From contig NIVC01000723.1 of assembly GCA_002269645.1 (NCBI GenBank), positions 248,001-312,000 of the forward strand: 64,000 nucleotides of DNA. The letters run 5' to 3'. Both the position numbers and the translations under genes were made by a program. The notes beneath the pieces are model-generated. The model saw only the letters and a list, made by a program, of their open reading frames with translations. It ran no database searches and was not told the origin of the DNA. Every line of letters starts with the position of its first letter. Positions within the stretch are counted from its first letter, which is position 1. Origin of the DNA: Macrostomum lignano. Lineage: Eukaryota. Shown piece by piece: positions 55,015 to 64,000 of the stretch.

Positions 55015-56425
55015 CAAGATCCCCCCCTATAAGAAATCGAATAGGGAACCATGGGATAGAGATCCCTATAGGAACTCGCATAGGGAACCAGGGGATAGAG
55101 ATCCCTATAAGAAATCGAATAGGGAACCATGGGATAGAGATCCCTATAGGAACTCGCATAGGGAACCAGGGGATAGAGATCCCTATAAGAAATCGAATAG
55201 GGAACCATGGGATAGAGATCCCTATAGGAACTCGCATAGGGAACCAGGGGATAGAGATCCCTATAAGAAATCGAATAGGGAACCATGGGATAGAGATCCC
55301 TATAGGAACTCGCATAGGGAACCAGGGGATAGAGATCCCTATAAGAAATCGAATAGGGAACCATGGGATAGAGATCCCTATAAGAAATCGAATAGAGAAC
55401 CATGGGATAGAGATCCCTATAGGAACTCGCATAGGGAACCAGGGGATAGAGATCCCTATAGAAACTCGAATAGGGAACCAGGGGATAGAGATCCCTATAG
55501 AAACTCGAATAGGGAACCATGGGATAGAGATCTCTATTATTGAGAACTCGAATGGGAAACAAGGGGATAAAGATCCCTATTATTGAGAACTCGAATTAGA
55601 AACCAGGGGATAAAGATCCCTATTATTGAGAACTCGAATGGGAAACAAGGGGATAAAGATCCCTATTATTGAGAACTCGAATTAGAAACCAGGGGATAAA
55701 GATCCCTATTATTGAGAACTCGAATGGGAAACAAGGGGATAAAGATCCCTATTATTGAGAACTCGAATTAGAAACCAGGGGATAAAGATCCCTTTAGGAA
55801 ATCGAATGGGATAAAGATCCCTATTATTGAGAACTCGAATTAGAAACCAGGGGATAAAGATCCCTTTAGGAAATCGAATGGGATAAAGATCCCTATTATT
55901 GAGAACTCGAATTAGAAACCAGGGGATAAAGATCCCTTTAGGAAATCGAATGGGATAAAGATCCCTATAGAAACTCGAATGGGAAACAAGGGGATAAAGA
56001 TCCTTATAGAAACTCGAATATGGAACCATGGGATAAAGATCCCTATAGAAACTCGACTGGGAAACCAGGGGATAAGGATCCCTATTATTGAGACCTCGAA
56101 TGGGGTTTAGGGGATTAATATCCCTATAACTGAGAACTCGAATGGGATTTAGGGGATAAAGATCCCTATGATTGAGAAATCGAATGGGGTTTAGGGAATA
56201 AAGACCCCTATGATTGAGAACTCGAATGCGGTTTAGGGAATAAAGACCTTTATGATTGAGAACTCGAATAGGGTTAAGGGAATAAAGACCCCTATGATTG
56301 AGAACTCGAATGGGGTTTAGGGAATAAAGACCCCTATGATTGAGAACTCGAATGGGGTTTAGGGAATAAAGATCCCTATGATTGAAAACTCGAATGGGGT
56401 TAAGGGAATAAAGACCCCTATGATA
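55015..56425. repeat. Minisatellite, 39 bp unit with 78 bp A/B higher-order structure that drifts along the array
   Basis: Alternating GAACCATGGGATAGAGATCCCTATAGGAACTCGCA and GAACCAGGGGATAGAGATCCCTATAAGAAATCGAA units, changing sequence toward 56400. Confidence 0.9.
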
Positions 56426-56889
56426 TAAAGCAAGAACAATTGCTGATAATTATTTGTGTTGCTACATAGTCCTGTACAATTGAACAACGATCATCGAGTA
56501 CAAATTCCGTGTAAAGCTCTAATGATTTATGGTCGATAAAACCAGGTGAATATCTATCTTAAGTGAACCTTCGTTTTAATTATTTTTGTTTTAATTAAGT
56601 TCTCTGTTGCTAAAACAAAACATTTAATTAATTTCGTCTTTGATTCAATAGGACTGAACTATTTTTGTGTGTTGTTTTACTGCTTTTTTTAAAGTTACTC
56701 TCGCTAGGTTGGTTGAAGGAACCAGCTATGCATTCTCATTATTATATATGCACGTATGCTCGTATATTCTGAACTGCCCTGTTGTCATGTCATCCTGATA
56801 CTGATTTTTGTTTCCTAATAACTGTTGTTTTTGTACTCTGTTGACGCGAAATTCATTGTTACGCCATCTATCATTTGTCACTTTAACCC

Positions 56890-57625
56890 TGTACCCAGTT
56901 GTCACTCCACACTGTCACTCTCGCTCTGTATCCCATTGTCACTGCAGTCTGTCACTCTCGCTCTGTACCCAGTTGTCACTCCAGACTGTCACTCTCTCCC
57001 TGTATCCCATTGTCACTCCAGCCTGTCACTCTCTCCCTGTATCCATTGTCACTCCAGACTGTCACTCTCGCTCTGTACCCAGTTGTCACTCCACACTGTC
57101 ACTCTCTCCCTGTATCCCATTGTCACTGCAGTCTGTCACTCTCGCTCTGTACCCAGTTGCCACTCCAGACTGTCACTCTCTCCCTGTATCCCATTGTCAC
57201 TCCAGCCTGTCACTCTCTCCCTGTATCCATTGTCACTCCAGACTGTCACTCTCGCTCTGTACCCAGTTGTCACTAAACACTGTCACTCTCCCTGTATCCC
57301 ATTGTCAATCCAGCCTGTCACTCTCGCTCTGCACCCAGTTGTCACTCCAGACTGTCACTCTCTCCCTGTATCCCATTGTCACTCCAGACTGTCACTCTCG
57401 CTCTGTACCCAGTTGTCACTCAACACTGTCACTCTCTCCCTGTATTCCATTGTCACTCCAGCCTGTCACTCTCGCTCTGCACCCAGTTGTCACTCCACAC
57501 TGTCACTCTCTCCCTGTATTCCATTGTCACTCCAGCCTGTCACTCTCGCTCTGTACCCAGTTGTCACTCCACACTGTCACTCTCTCCCTGCATCCATTGT
57601 CACTGCAGTCTGTCACTCTTGCCCT
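56890..57625. repeat. Composite minisatellite built on a TGTCACTCCA core
   Basis: Shares its core with the 14-bp laminin intron arrays at 7583-8550. Confidence 0.88.
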
Positions 57626-58239
57626 GAATCTGATAACTATCTGTCACTTTCTCTTCCTGCTTCTCAGTTTTGCTCAATTTCTATCGCTTCTAGTCTAAGC
57701 TGTTAACAATGCTATTTTATCATGCGCATGCGCTTACAGCCTACTGCTAGTAGCATCTCCGCACACGCTCAGAAACCTAATTAAATTCTCGCTTTCATTA
57801 TTTTGTGCAGCTAAACTTTATTGTTGCTTCAAAAGGTTTGCTACAGTCTACAGTTGAAGTTCAATCAATTCGCTTACAAATGAAGTTCGAGTTCATGTAA
57901 GCGCAATTCTAATTTGTAAGTTTAATATTCCAGTGATTCCAAGTTTCAGTGACCTAACAGATTCTCTTAAAAACGAAGGTGAAACTTGATGTCTCCTGTA
58001 AACTTTCCATTATAATCAAAAAGGTATATTTTTATATGCTCATTCTTTGTTGTTTTTGTACTTTTTATGTCTGCGTCAGTTCAAAATATAATGCAAAATT
58101 GGGCCAAATCAAAGTTTGAATTTTTTTTCATAGTTGCCGCAAAAATAACCTTTTATGTTGTGCCATTTAAAAGCATAACTTGGACCTGACATTTCAATGA
58201 GAATTTCTCTGAACAGTCTTTAAAGATTCCCTAGGAATA

Positions 58240-59470
58240 ACCCTGTAGATGCCATGAGAATAGTCCTGATGATGCCATGAGAATAGCCCTGTAGATGCCA
58301 TGAGAATAGTCCTGAAGATGCCATGAGAATAGCCCTGTAGATGCCATGAGAATAGTCCTGAAGATGCCATGAGAATAGCCCTGTAGATGCCATGAGAATA
58401 GTCCTGAAGATGCCATGAGAATAGCCCTGTAGATGCCATGAGAATAGTCCTGAAGATGCCATGAGAATAGCCCTGTAGATGCCATGAGAATAGTCCTGAA
58501 GATGCCATGAGAATAGCCCTGTAGATGCCATGAGAATAGCCCTGAAGATGCAATGAGAATAGCCCTGAAGATGCAATGAGAATAGCCCTGGAGATGCTAT
58601 GAGAATAGCCCTGTAGATGCCATGAGAAAAGCCCTGTAGATGCCATGAGAATAGTCCTGAAGATGCCATGAGAATAGCCCTGTAGATGCCATGAGAATAG
58701 CCCTGAAGATGCGATGAGAATAGCCCTGGAGATGCTATGAGAATAGCCCTGTAGATGCCATGAGAAAAGCCCTGAAGATGCCATGAGAATAGCCCTAGAG
58801 ATGCCATGAGAAAAGCCCTATAGATGCCATGAGAATAGCCCTGAAATTGTAATGGGAATATCCCTGTAGATGCCATGATAATAGCCCTGAAGATGCCATG
58901 ATATTAGTCCTGAATATGTCATGAGAATAGCCCTGAAGATGTCGTGAGAGTAGCCCTGGAGATTCCATGATATTAGTCCTGAATATGTCATGAGAATAGC
59001 CCTTAAGATGTCGTGAGAGTAGCCCTGGAGATGTCATGAGAATAGCCCTGAAGATGCCGTGAGAATAACCTTGAAGTTGTCATAAGAATAGCCCTGAAGA
59101 TGTCATGAGAATAGCCCTGAAGATGTCATGAGAATAGCCCTGAAGATGTCATGAGAATAGCCCTGAAGATGCCATGAGAATAGCCCTGAAGATGTCATGA
59201 GAATAGCCCTGAAGTTGTCATGAGAATAGCCCTGAAGTTGTCATGAGAATAGCCCTGAAGTTGTCATGAGAATAGCCCTGAAGTTGTCATGAGAATAGCC
59301 TGAAGTTGTCATGAGAATAGCCCTGTAGATGCCATGAGAATAGCCCTGTAGATACCATGAAAATTGTCCTGAATATGTCATGAGAATAATCCTGAATATA
59401 TCATGAGAGTAATCCTGAATATGTCATGAGAATAATCCTGAATATGTCATGAGAATAGCCCTGTAGATGT
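58240..59470. repeat. Minisatellite, 22 bp unit GATGCCATGAGAATAGCCCTGA
   Basis: More than 1.2 kb of tandem copies upstream of the CLASRP exon. Confidence 0.92.
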
Positions 59471-59827
59471 CAGAGAAGAGTCGGGAAGATTCTATGAGAA
59501 CAGGTCCAAAGATTCCCTAAAAAATGCCCTGAGCAATCCAAGAGTATTTACCTGAAGTTCCTATGAAAATGTCCTAATGATAGCCCTGTAGATTTCCTGT
59601 CTCCTCTATGCACAAGTTTTGCATAGCCATAGGAAGGTTCAATTATTGAACTTTGCCTAAAAATCCATTTAATACATGCTCGTATTCTTATAAATATTTA
59701 AATATTGCACTGTTTCCGTTCATGTCAATTATCAAGCTCAGTTTAGCTTATTTTCGTTGCGGATATCGTGTGCGCACACTATTTGGCATTCAGCTCAGCA
59801 GGAACACGAAAACACTCCTGACAGACC

Positions 59828-59926
59828 ATGTGGGTGGAGGCCAGGCGCCAGGAGAAACAAATTCGAACCTCTATGGTTGATTATAGAAAACGGGCCCAGC
59901 GTCGGAGAGAATATTATCAGCGAATT
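59828..59926 (+). CDS. CLASRP: First coding exon of CLK4-associating serine/arginine-rich protein (SFRS16); gene continues past the window
   Basis: MWVEARRQEKQIRTSMVDYRKRAQRRREYYQRI followed by a GTGAGT donor. Matches the conserved CLASRP start as recalled (MWHEARKHERKLRGMMVDYKKRAERRREYYEKI). Missed by the ORF track. Confidence 0.85.
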
Positions 59927-59947
59927 GTGAGTGCCTGTCTGATACTG

Positions 59948-64000
<4,053 letters not shown>

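Overview
Eukaryotic (animal) genomic DNA. GC-rich exons, AT-rich spacers and minisatellite-filled introns suggest a flatworm such as Macrostomum; this is an inference only. Host genes assembled by reading splice sites: laminin gamma chain (minus strand, 14 exons in the window, running off the left edge), an ankyrin-repeat plus STE-like Ser/Thr kinase that the ORF track splits into four ORFs, a very divergent annexin-like gene, importin-alpha, Dcp2 and the first coding exon of CLASRP/SFRS16. Mobile DNA: a CACTA/EnSpm-type non-autonomous element, three tRNA-derived CORE-like SINEs, a foldback MITE, mariner and MULE relics, a young pol-less LTR element carrying an orphan ORF and PBS copies inside its LTRs, and a Neptune-like Penelope element with a minimal hammerhead ribozyme that abuts a 2.2 kb (GATA)n array. 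Most long ORF-track proteins are artefacts of tandem repeats. Best leads: the pol-less LTR element with cargo ORF, the PLE/hammerhead/(GATA)n unit, inverted minisatellites bracketing a laminin exon, and direct repeats at the boundaries of minisatellite-filled introns.
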